The notes under the pieces: model-generated
What the model saw: only the letters and a program-made list of their open reading frames with translations
Told to the model about the DNA's origin: nothing
Database searches by the model: none
Made by a program: the position numbers and the translations under genes
From: Vicugna vicugna
Lineage: Eukaryota
DNA: 64,000 nt
Direction of reading: 5' to 3'
Assembly: GCA_013265495.1 (NCBI GenBank)
Contig: MU058065.1
Location: 6,200,302 to 6,264,301, forward strand
Shown: in pieces, positions 36,901 to 48,300 of the stretch
Position numbering within the stretch: the first letter of the stretch is position 1
Layout of the letters: every line of letters starts with the position of its first letter

Positions 36901-37547
36901 GCCCTAGGCTAATGCTTTACCTGTGACCTCTCCTTTGACCTGGCCACAACCTTGCCAAGTGGGGATGGTTACCTTCACTCTCAGATGAGGAAACTGAGGC
37001 TTGGAGAAATTAAGTGATTGGCTCAGCCTGTGACCCCAGAGCTCAAGTCCTCACCATCACACCATATCCCCTCCCCTGGGCCTTCCTGGGAAGTTTCTTC
37101 CTTGTGTGGATGTGATCTGCTGGCTGCCCATTGCAGGTATACTCCATCTAATTGTCTAATCATAGCAGAAGATGATTGATTATAATGAAAAAACTGATGA
37201 CTTGTCTTATGAGTGTTTTCAATTAGGACCCCTGTCTAAATAACAAATCAGACAGTTTTGTTGCCCCACTGTCTTTTGCAAGTCTTCATTTTCCTATGTT
37301 CCTATAACCTTTGAGTGGATCACTGTACACTGGGGTGAGGCTGAGGGTCTGACTGCAACTTGACTTTGGTGGCAATTCCTATACCAGTTTGGTCAGCAGG
37401 ATATCCCCCAGACCCTCCTCTGTCCTGGGATAGTGGGTCTAATGTCCAGAGGCAAGTGGCCCAATGTCCATTGACTGTGACATTTTCTATTTCTGAGAAT
37501 TCTCTTCCACTGGATTTTGCCTTTCAATTCTTTGTAAACAAAAGGTG

Positions 37548-37760
37548 ACGTAGCATAATGGTTAAGTGCAAGGGCTGAATTTCCTAAGTTTGAGTGTTGA
37601 GTCTGTCACTTACTAGCTGTGTGACCTCAAGCAAGCTACTTTACTTCTTTGTGCCTCAATTACTTCATCTGTAAGTAATAATAATAACAGAACCTACCTT
37701 ATAGGGTTGAAAGAATAAGTGATTATGTAAGTATCTTTGTGCATATATCAGCGTTTTCTA
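37548..37760 (+). mobile_element. MIR SINE
   Basis: gtagcataatggttaag...cacttactagctgtgtgacctcaagcaag...catctgtaa. Confidence 0.7.
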
Positions 37761-38245
37761 TTACTAAGCAAACAAATAAAAACAACCCCAAACAAAGCAA
37801 GCACCCGCCTCTTCCCCACCTTGCCCCCATCAGATGCCCTCCACTTGCCTTGGGAAGGAACTTGAGTGGCCACACTTCTTTTCCAGGGCAGTTACCCATC
37901 TGGCGAGCTTAACCAAGAACCAGCCTCTTGATGGGTTATGTGGCCACAACCACCATCACATGGGTCAGTCTTCTACATTGAGTGTGTCCTCCATTTCTTT
38001 ATGGGGTAACTGGAGAATGCACTGTATTTAAGATTAGAGGAATTCAGCTAGTTACCAGCTGTGTGACTTCGGCAGTATGTCCATACCATTCAGAGACTTA
38101 GTTTTCTCCTTTGAAATGTGAATAATAGTAATGCTTACTTCTTCTAGTTAGTGTGTGGATTCAATAAAAATAATATGAGCAATATCACTTAACATACTTC
38201 TCACACTTAATAACACATTTAATAATTTCCTAATATTTCTCTCAA

Positions 38246-38484
38246 TGTGGCAGACACAGCTAGCTCCACACCCCGCTCCAGGTTGTATGCGCCTCACTTT
38301 ACGTAACAGAGCTGTCACTGGGAAGTGATTGCCCAGCCAGGGACTGGTTTTCCAGCTGTCCTTGCATCTTGGTGAGAGCTACGTGCCTTGTTTTTGCCAA
38401 TAGAATATGAATGGAAATGATAGTATGTGTTGCTCCCAAACCAAGGCATTTAGAAGTGGTTGTGCCTCCTCCATACTGTCTCTG

Positions 38485-38515
<31 letters not shown>

Positions 38516-38820
38516 ATATATATACATATATACATAGACACATATTTAATGAAGGTACTGAGGATTGAACCCAGGACCTCCTGCATGCTACACATGTGCT
38601 CTACCACTAAGCTATACCCACCTCCTCCCCCACCATACTCTCTTATTTCCTTCCTGCCATCTGGATTTAGAGGATAACTAGTTCCTAAGAGATGGCAGAG
38701 CTTCGTTATGAAAAGGATCCTGGTCCCTAAAATGTGGAGAGAAGTCACTCATCAACATGGACTATTACATTTAATGTGGAGATTTTCTTGTTACAGCAAA
38801 TAACATTACCATAATTAATA
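38246..38820. mobile_element. MaLR (MLT1-type) LTR fragment hosting a SINE
   Basis: MLT1-like phrases gccaatagaatatgaatggaaatga..., gatggcagagc..., ttgttacagc. Confidence 0.55.
38478..38632 (-). mobile_element. tRNA-Ala-derived SINE (camelid Vic-1-like) with simple-repeat tail
   Basis: Minus strand GGGTATAGCTTAGTGGTAGAGCACATGTGTAGCATGCAGGAGGTCCTGGGTTCAATCCTCAGTACC (A and B boxes); flanked by a CCATACT direct repeat (38471, 38633). Confidence 0.85.
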
Positions 38821-38829
38821 CTCAAATTA

Positions 38830-39215
38830 CATTTAATCCTTCAGCAGGCCTCTGAAATAGACATTATGATTTCCCCCATTTTATGCTGAGAAAACTGAGG
38901 CACAGAGGGAGTCACATGGTGAGAAAGGGCAGAGCAGAATTTGAACCCAGTCTGATTTCAGAGGCAGTGACATCTCTTAACTACTAAGGATGTGAAAGAG
39001 CTTTATATGCTAAAAGTAATAATAATAAGGACTAATATTTATTGAACACTTATGTGCTACGTGCTATTTAAAGATCTTCACATTAATTTAATCCTCACAA
39101 CATTTTGGAGTTCGGTCTAGTATTATTCTCATTCTATAGATGAGGAAAACTGAGGCACAAACTATTAAATAATTTGCTTGGAGTCACAGTGCTGCCAAAT
39201 GATTCAAACCCTCAC
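38830..39215 (-). mobile_element. Two adjacent MIR fragments
   Basis: aaaactgaggcacaga core occurs twice (~38891, ~39147). Confidence 0.65.
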
Positions 39216-39875
39216 AGCCAAGTTTTCACTCCCTTTCCCACCCCTTAGTTCCTTGATCATCTCTCATGGAGGAATGAGCTGATTCTGAGAGTCCTAAGAA
39301 GTGACAGGATTATTTCCCCAAACCTTTTCCCAACCCCAGGACAGGTTCCCAATTCCAGCACTTGCTTGGGTTTCAGACAAATAACAGACTGAGAAATATA
39401 TTTTAGAAGCTCCTGTGCCCAATGTGATCCTTGCATTTATCTCAAATGGCATGGTGGAGCAGCAGGAGCCCAGGGGGACATGGATTCAAACCCAATCTCT
39501 GCCTACTCCCTGTGGGAATGAGAAGGTTACTTCTTCTCTCCGAGCCTGAGTGGCCTCATCTATAAAATGGAGACACTGATTACACCTGCCTTGTTGGTTT
39601 GCTGCAGGGGTAGAGCATATGCCTAAAGGATCCAGCATGGAGGGCTGCTCCGTAACTGTCATCTCTCCAGCACTGACCAGCCCAGAACACAGATCTGCCC
39701 TGGGAAGTCAAACCACCTCCCCCAGCCTAATTCCCCCAGCTCTGCACCTCAATTCTCCTTCCATGAGTCAGAGAAGATCCTTTCTTGAGTTTCTGTGAGG
39801 TTGGGGGAGGAGGAAATAGCTGAAGGATGCTGGAAGGCCAGACCCTGGGTTCCTTTTTCTGAAAGAGGAGGCCAG

Positions 39876-39888
39876 GTTGCTTAGCAAC
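39876..39888. promoter_or_regulatory. RFX X-box palindrome
   Basis: GTTGCT-T-AGCAAC, perfect inverted repeat of the RFX half-site. Confidence 0.55.
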
Positions 39889-41689
39889 CCAGCAGGAAGT
39901 TGTCAGGGAGGCTCCAGGCAAGGCTGTCCTTTTTTAAAAATCCTGCAACATAGAGAGATCTGGGGCGACACTAAATGGGGAGATGAATGGGAAAAGTGGG
40001 GAAGGGTTCTCTGGTTCTCACTTTCCTTTCCTGTAGTCACCTTCCCAGTTCCCCAGCTCTTTCCTCTTGGTTTTCTACCTTTCACACACAGAGGCAGAGA
40101 GACAAGTTCTGGGGTCCATGCTGCACACACATCTGTGCACTGGCCACATCAGTAACCATGTACCTAAGGGCCAGGTTCAGGACCACCTTATATGTGTACC
40201 GTGCTTTACAGTTTACAAAGCACATCAATATGTGATTTCACCAGATACTTACAACAGCCTCTTTAATTCCTGTACAACAGATGAGGGGGAAAAAAGTCTG
40301 AAGGTTCCACAGTGAGGAGACAGCAGGGCCCAGATTCACTGCAAGTCTTAGCATATTTCCACTACATGTAGTAGCATAGCTGTTAGTACAGGCTTTGGCA
40401 CACACATATGTGCCTGCTATTCCATGTCCTCACAGTGTGAAGATCCTTCAGGTCTAGTGTCCTAAGATGCCCCCAAGATGCAGGTGAATTTTGGAGGCAG
40501 GGTTCAGTTGTTCTTCTCTGCTGAGGCAGGGGGATCCCTGGGATGGGGGTCCCAAGAGGGGCTTGGCTTCCTTGCCCACAGGCCTAAACTCAGGAATGCT
40601 GCTGTGCTTGGCCAGGCTGGTACAAGTAACTACATACCAGCAGCTGAAGCAAGTCCCCTGGCTGGCGTTCCAGAGAGAGACACGTGGGTCCCACTGGGGT
40701 CAAGACCTGGCATCAAAGAGTAAACACATGTCACCCAGGTCACAGATTGCTCATGGGAGGCCCAGGCTGGCCAGAGCAGCTCAGCACTCCATTCTGGACT
40801 CTGTTTTGATCCCTTAATCTTTCTGTCAATATTTATTAATAGTGCTGGTTACCATAACAATGGTTGCTACCCCAACAACAACAACAACATTTTCATTCCT
40901 ATCACAGTCATTTGATAAGACACTACAAATCTTAAAGTCTCATTTCTGTCTGATAGATGAGAAAACTGAAATTCAGAGAGGTTGAATAACTACTTTAGAT
41001 GAACATCTAGTAAATGGTAGAGTAGGGACCCAAACCTCTGGCTCTTAGTCTTTTGTACATCACACCACATTGTCTTTAAATGTCAGGGGATAGAAAGGAG
41101 TCCTTGGAGGTCATCCAGCCACCCTGTCCTCTATTTGAATAAGGGACAGTGGGTCTTCTTTGGTACTTAGGCAAAAGATAGAGAAGTGTTCTTTAAATGG
41201 TCTTGGATGGATGGGTACGTGTGTATATGTGTGTGTGCATGTACTGTACATGTGCTGTGCATGTACACACACATGCCTTCTGGGCTAGAGAGGTGTCTCA
41301 CTTCCCTTGTCCAGGGACATTCTTAAACCCTAGGATTTGGAAAGAGCTTGAGAAGGGGGATGCGAGTGGAGAGACTTTGGAGATGTTTGAAAGAGGAGGA
41401 GGGCAGGGCTGTAGATGTGTGTTTCTCCCTTTCCAGACACTGCCCAGCCTCATGTTTTTCCTCCTCTTTCCTTTTTTTTCTTTTCTTTCTATCGCTCTAT
41501 TTTTCCTTCTTTATGATTTTTCTTCCCTTTTGAAGTAGTAATAGTATAATTCATTGTAGTCAACTAGAAAACTCAGAAAAGTATTAAGATAGTAAAATAA
41601 TAATTTAAAATCCCACCACTTAGAACAGTAATTACCATTTTAGTAAACATCCTAAAAGTTTCTGTTGCTGCATACACATGCACACACTG

Positions 41690-41945
41690 ATCAGTATATA
41701 TTTATTGACTACCTGCTGTGTGCCCAGCACTCTGCTGGGTGCAGGGAATCTAGCAGTGAAGAAGACAGACCTTTTATTGACAGGATACAAAATAAATAAG
41801 TAACAAAAAATTATCAGGTGGGGACATATGTCACAAAGAACTAAATCAAGGGTATGTGGTGAAGAGTGACTATGGGGCAGGCTGAGATGAATTCATCACA
41901 AAGAGGTGCTATTGAGATCTGAATGACAGGAAGAGGAAAGCTATT
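41690..41945 (-). mobile_element. L2 3'-end fragment
   Basis: tatttattgactacctgctgtgtgcccagcactctgctggg...gcagtgaagaagacagac. Confidence 0.6.
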
Positions 41946-41959
41946 TAAAGATCTCTCTC

Positions 41960-43720
41960 TTCTTACATGAATGGGACCACATTGTATTGTTTTTAACCTG
42001 CTGTTTTCACTTTGTCATGGTCATTTTTCATGTCCATAAGTATAGATTAATGCATCACTTTAATGGTCCATAATATCCCAATGAATATTGATCTATCACA
42101 ATTTACTTAATCTCCTACTGATGTATCCAATTTTTTATTATTATAAATAACGTTATGATAAGCATCTTTGTGTCAGGTCCTTTCCCACTTATCTCCTTAG
42201 GGCACATTTCTGGAAATGTGGTAGTTGGGACAAAGAGCATGCTGCCTTTCAGATTTTGATCCATAGTCAGGTAGTTCTCCATAAAGACTGAAATAACATG
42301 TATGTTTACAACACTGTGAGGAAGTGCACGTTTCCCCATTTTTTAAACTCATGGTTGGGATTTTCCATTTTTATAATATTTGTCAGTATAAAAGATGAAA
42401 TATCCCATTAGTGTTTTGACTTGAATTTTTTTGGTCAAAGTGAAGTCAAGTATTTTTTTATGTGTTTATTGATTACTTACATTTTTGTGTGAATTACTTC
42501 GCAGTTTGAATTGTTTTTCTATTGGAAATATATTGTGTTGCAAATATGTTCTCTTAACTTGTCACTTGTTTTTCAATCTTGTTTGTGGTTTTTTTTCTCT
42601 ATATCTTTAGCATTTGAAAGGTTAAATGGAGTCAGATGAATCTTTTTCTTTAAGATCTATCTCTAAAAAGATGTTCTCCACCCAACCTAAGATGTAATAA
42701 TAATAATAATAAAATAACCCATATTTTCTTCAAGTATTTTTATTTAATATTTGACTGTCATATATTAATTACCACTTTCTAATTTATGCAAATAATGTAC
42801 TAATACATTTTTACTGTAAAAAATTAAATTCCACAGATAAAAGTCCTATAGACTATACCACAATTCCTTCTCAGAAGTCACTTATAAAGAGTGATGTGTA
42901 TCTTTCTTAAGGTTCTATTATACACACACACACACACACAGAAAAATTATAGTTTAGTTTGATTTGTTTTGCTTTTGCATAAATTATATTGTACTATGTG
43001 TATTGTTATGCAAATTTTAATGATACTACATGTTTGGAGATCTTTCAGGTCAATACATACAATCCAATCCATTCTTTTAAACTGAATACTGTAGTATTCA
43101 GTAATTTGAACGTATCAAAATTTATTTAACCTCTAACCTACTGGTGGATATTTAGGTTGATTCCAGTTTATCTCTCTCTAAACAATAATCAATTTAAAAA
43201 CTTTGTCATGCTTCTTTGTGCACATATTTAAGGATTTCTCTAGGGTCAATATGAAAAATTAGAATTCTGGAGTAGAAAAGTATATGTATTTAACTTTCTA
43301 ATAGATACTTTCAAATTGTCTTCTATTCTAAGGCTTTCATAGTTTATCTTTTTTTTTCTTTAAATTTTAAAAAATCAATTTGGAACTTATTTGGGGGTAA
43401 AGAATGAGGAAGGATTGAACTTTTTTATTCATATAAATGACTGCCCAGTTGTACCAAAACCATTTACTGACTAATCTATCTTTTCCCGATGGATTTGAAA
43501 TGGTGCCTTTATCATATGTTAAATTCCCACATATGCTGGAGTTTAGTTTTGAATTATCTATTCTGTTCTATTGATATGTCTATTCCTGTATCAGTGCCTT
43601 ATGTTTTAGTTTCTTGGGCTCTATAATAAATTTTAATATCTGATAGGGTAACCCTTCCATCATTACTCTTCTTTCTTAGGCTTTTCTTGATCTTCTGTGC
43701 TTTTCTGGAATGATTTGTAA
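41960..43720 (-). mobile_element. Ancient L1 (L1M/L1ME-type) fragments, including (AC)n at ~42920-42940
   Basis: AT-rich antisense L1 ORF2/3' phrases (ccagttgtaccaaaaccatttactga..., ctattctgttctattgat...tgtctattcctgtatcagtgcc). Confidence 0.65.
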
Positions 43721-44708
43721 ATTATTTTTAACAGGAGTAGAAAGGTTATAAAGAACTACTTATTTCCCTTCTTTACATTGTTTATCACTACCTCTCCTTC
43801 CTTTTAGGTTGTCATATATAAAAAAGCACACAGAGAGACTAATTTTATGGGCTTGACGCTAAATATCAGTCACAGGAGATTATGATCACGGGGAAAATAT
43901 CTTATAAGGGGGGTAACTACTATGGGCAATTATCATTAAGTAGAAAGAGACCTTGGGAGCAGCTAATTGCTAAAGAAATAGTAGGAAGAATCCAGGGAGA
44001 GGAGGAAACCTTGAAAGCCCAAACTAGATTGGAAGAATTTTAAACAAGAAACTAAGAGGTTAAACATGAATGCTAAGAAAAAAAAAAAAAAGAGACACAG
44101 GTAGGGGGGGGAGGGTGGGGGGGGTGGGGATGGTGCTGGAGTGAAAAGCTGCAAGTGCAACAGAGGGAGTTCTTCTAAAAAACTCCTGGATGTATTAAAC
44201 TAAGGTCAAAGGAACTTGAATCCTGAGACTATGCCCTGCAGTTTATCTATCTTATACCCAGTCTTTCATCACACTGAACTTTTTTTTTCTCTGTTTTTTC
44301 TATCCCACATTTATACACCTAAACTGTGTGGGTACAGATGACCTTCTTGTTGGGTGTCTGGTGAGGGAAGGTGTTGAGAGGGAAAACAATGGTTTTAATA
44401 AAGGTCTTTAAAGTGTTAACCTGCTGTTTTGAGGCCCTCATGGCAAATGTTGTTTATGATGTATAAAGGGGTCAGGAGTAGCACTTAAGGTGGGGCATAT
44501 GAAGGTCAGGCCCCCAAACCTGGCTGCCAGCTGTCCCTGGTCATGGTGACATAGTCAAAGGGGCTGCTTTGGCAGCCTCTGTTGTAGAAATCTGGAGATG
44601 TTCATCTGGGCACCTGAGGCAGAGTCTCAGTGGGTAGAGGCCACAGGATGTCCCTTGGTTACTGCCAGATGCTTTGGTTGCTGGGCACCTTGCCTGGCAG
44701 GAAAAGCT

Positions 44709-44722
44709 GTTACCGTGACAAC
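44709..44722. promoter_or_regulatory. RFX X-box-like motif
   Basis: GTTACCGTGACAAC. Confidence 0.45.
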
Positions 44723-45537
44723 CACTCCCCCTCCATGTCTGTGATTTTTTATATTTCTCCTTTCCCATTAAGTGCCAAAGTATTCCAGGGACAGGCAAGC
44801 AGAGCTCTCAGGACGGAATGTCCTCTGCTCCAGGAAGAGGGTCAGGGAAGGAGAGAGTGGAGATGTGTATATGTAATGACTGAAAGAAACTTTATCAATA
44901 TAAATGCTTATGTATCTGCTTCTGTGTTAAAATGTGTTGTATATAAATACATGTATCATACAAATGGTCAGATCACTGTTTACCTGCCCATTTACTTTCC
45001 TGATCCCCTCCTCTCTCTGCTGCCCCTGTGCTGGGAGTCACCTCGGTCCTTTGCTGAGGGGAAGTGCTGAATCATGGCTCCAGCTGGATTTCTGTCTCCT
45101 ATTCTCTATCTCCATTCTTTCCTCAGTCCATCTCTCACCCCTGCTGAGCTTTGTCTAAGAGAGCTCTGGGCCCTCTTTACCACCTCCCTTCCTAGCCTGG
45201 ACTCACTTTCCTGAGGTTCACTTCTGGGCAATAAAGAGAAGGCACTGTTTCTGCATTTACTCCCTTCTCACTTTGCCTTCTCAGAAGACTGTTCTGAGTC
45301 CTTCTCCTTATAACCGCCCTTCCCTGAGAAAACAGGAATCTGACCAAGTTTGACCCAGAGGCTAATTCTTCCACGTATTCAGGCTGATCCTCCTCCAGTC
45401 CCTCACCACCTAATCGGATTATGGCAGAGTCTCACGCCTTGGGGTATGGCAAGGAAAGTGAGATTTAATTTGACACCACGCACTGAGGCTTTTTCCTCAT
45501 TCTAGGTCTCCAAGTGCCAGACCGCAGGTTCTTGGAG

Positions 45538-45539
<2 letters not shown>

Positions 45540-45575
<36 letters not shown>
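45540..45575. repeat. (GT)n microsatellite, ~18 units
   Basis: Perfect dinucleotide run. Confidence 0.95.
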
Positions 45576-45578
<3 letters not shown>

Positions 45579-45823
45579 GTAACGGATGTTACTATGTCTA
45601 TGCGTTCAGGGGCAGTATATTGAGCCCCCCGCAAAGGGCAGGATATTTGGGGGTTTCTATAGGCTCTCAGGTCTCTTTCCCATCCCCTTTAGGCTCTTCT
45701 AACTCAGAAATCCCTATCAAGTAGTCTCACTAACTAGTTTCAAATAAGACAGACCTGGATTGTTCTCTCCAAAGCCCCGCCAGAGGTGCGAGAGTGGAGA
45801 GGTGGCCCCGCCCGCTCAGTCTG

Positions 45824-45837
45824 GTTACTATGGCGAC
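45824..45837. promoter_or_regulatory. RFX X-box-like motif
   Basis: GTTACTATGGCGAC, next to a GC box (GGCCCCGCCC). Confidence 0.5.
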
Positions 45838-46235
45838 AGCCGCGGGGTGACCCAAGTGCTCCTCCCTCCTCCCAAACTTAGAGAGATGACGGCACCGCGC
45901 TGACTGCGCCAAATTCCAGCCAATGGGCGGCTGCTCCCGCCTTCCCTTCCGCCAGGGCTCCCCACCTCACCCCCGGGAACTCGATTCACAAATCTGGATT
46001 GGGGATTTCCGGCTCCAGGCTGGGTGAAAGGGCGCTGGGCTGAGGCAGGGGGAGAGTCGAGGTCTGTCCTCCTAGGAAGGCAAGTATAAGCCGGTATTCC
46101 TGGGTTCTTCAGCCAGACTCCTGTAACTCGCCACAAGACTAGATCACACCCTACTCCCAAATTATCCAGAAAACCTGAGACCAATCTTGCAACTCCTCCT
46201 GCCTCTGCAAGTCCTCACTCTGCCCGTGCGCGCCC

Positions 46236-46256
46236 GTCAGCACCACGGACAGCGAG
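46236..46256 (+). promoter_or_regulatory. RE1/NRSE (REST site) downstream of CDK5R2
   Basis: GTCAGCACCACGGACAGCGAG; 18-nt core is an exact consensus match. Confidence 0.9.
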
Positions 46257-47111
46257 CCCGGGCCTTGTCTTTGTGGTCCTCACCGATTCTCTGAATCCTC
46301 GAGGTCTCGGTGGTGACTAGGGTCAGAAACGCCAGTGCTCTACTGGAGGTCTCCTTGGACCAATGAAATAGTGAACTGGGTGCGTAGCAATGTGGTAAAG
46401 AAGGCAATGGGGACCAAAGAGCAATCTCAGGCTAAATAGCTTACTTCTCTTCTTTCAACCCCAAAGAACGGTGCCCCTCTCCCAGGCTGCCTGTGCTCTA
46501 GCCTCTCTGGGGAAGAAGGGCCAGGTCTGAATTTCAAGCTGGGATGGACTTCTCAAGGCTGCCCTGAGTAGGCACGTGGCTGAAGAACCTCTGTGGGTTG
46601 GGGGGAAGCATATGGGGCTAAGTGTGGCATTCCGGACCCTCCTGAGAGTGGTGAAGACAGACTTAGTCAAGTCTAACTGGACTGTTGACAGGATGTATGG
46701 CAGGAGAGATGGAGGAGGAAGAGAAAAGCAAAATAATAACTAGCTGGTGCTGCTTCAATGAACCACTCTGTAAAAGGGGAAGAACTTCTGCTGTCCTTAT
46801 CACTTATTCCCTAAATGGCCTGGACATTAATGAGTAGCTAGGTCAAACAATTTGAAAGCAGGGAAGATGGGGCGGGAAATCAGCTTTGCCACCAGGCCTC
46901 AAACTTTGGCTCCCTCACTTTACTCTCTGTAAAATGGAAGCCAAGGAGCGGGGAAAAGAGACGAAAAGAGCAGCAGTTCTTAGGAACTCGACTTCCCCAC
47001 TAGGCCCACGGGGGCCCTCCTGCCCTTCCTATGACAGTTCCACTCCCGCTCCCTCCCTCCCGGGGCCCAAAAAAAGGCCGGCGCAAACACATCCTCAGGC
47101 GCTTCCAGCGC

Positions 47112-47117
47112 TTTATA
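47112..47117 (-). terminator. Probable CDK5R2 polyadenylation signal (variant TATAAA)
   Basis: Minus-strand TATAAA ~1.2 kb after the stop, followed by GATGTGTTTG...TTTTTTT; I saw no AATAAA on the minus strand between the stop and this site. Confidence 0.5.
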
Positions 47118-47251
47118 GTTCTCTCCCGGACAGAGGGACAGACAGACAATGCGGCCCGCGCCGTCGGCCCGCATCATTGGCACCTTGGACACGGCACCAG
47201 GCCCAACCCAGTCCCTGGTACCCTCCCGGGAGAATTCCGGTCTGGCCTCAG

Positions 47252-47272
47252 ATCAGCACCTCAGACAGCTCC
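47252..47272 (+). promoter_or_regulatory. Degenerate RE1/NRSE in the inferred CDK5R2 3' UTR
   Basis: ATCAGCACCTCAGACAGCTCC, 17/21 to consensus with canonical spacing. Confidence 0.6.
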
Positions 47273-48300
47273 CGGCCCAAACCACCCCCCCTTCCCCCCT
47301 CCCTCTGGAAACAACCACATAAATCAAAAGGGGGGGGGAAACAAAAATACCTAAGGATAAAGAAGAGGGGTGCCCCTCCCTCAGAGTAAGAAGAGTTTTC
47401 TGTCTCCACCCACCCTTCCGCTGAGGCACCGCCGCCGCCCCGGGGGTGACCTCCTAGGTTGATTTTGCTCCCAAACCTCAGCCTCCTGAAGCTGGCATCC
47501 CCCTCCCCCCAACTCCCGGCATGCAACACGTTGGAAAAGGTAGGGAGAGGCAGTGGGGGTGGGGCGAAGGACCATCCTGGTGGTTGTCTGGGCTCCTGGG
47601 GCTGCAGTTTCTCGCCGCACCTCAGCCGATCCAAATTAAGAACTAATGTTCCCTTTGGTCAGGGGAGGGAAGTACGGGGGCTCAGTCGGGGGAATAAATG
47701 CAAGCTGACACAGGCGGAATGGGAAGGCAGACAGGAGGGAAGATGGTGACACATCCCAGGAGTCAGGAAAAGAGAAAGGGAGATGGGGACACAGGTGCAG
47801 AAAGAGAAAGGGGCAGTGAGAGAGAGTCAGATAGGGGGTAAGATGGAGATGGAAATACACACCCAAGGAACGGAAAATGGAAAGGCAGGGAGGGAGATAG
47901 GAAGTCAGAAGATGAAGGAAGGAGGGAAGGTGAAGATACAGGAAGGAGATGAAGAAATGGGTAAAACCGAGGGAGACGGATTTCCAGACACACACAGAAA
48001 GGAAGGAGGAGGAGACCCGGGCAGAATTGGGGAGATGGGGACGCAGAGAGATAAAAAGGGTGAAGTTGAGGTTCCCCTTCCGCGCTGATCCCCCACCCCC
48101 ACCCTGCGCCCAGCAAATCCAGACGTCGCGGCCTCTGGCATCCTGGCCTCCACCCTCCCGTGCTGGGCAGGGGCGGCTCCTCCTCCGGCCGCGGCGCGGA
48201 GCGGCGGTAACAGCGGCGGCAGCTTGATGGTCCCGGGGGCTCCGAGTGTGTGTCAGGGGCTGGGGTGGGGGGAGGGGGCGGGCGCGGCCCTTAGGTATCC

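Noticed and set aside
38545..38620. tRNA-Ala-like sequences here and at ~62405-62475 as real tRNA genes
   Set aside because: Mismatched stems, simple-repeat tails and target-site duplications indicate SINEs.
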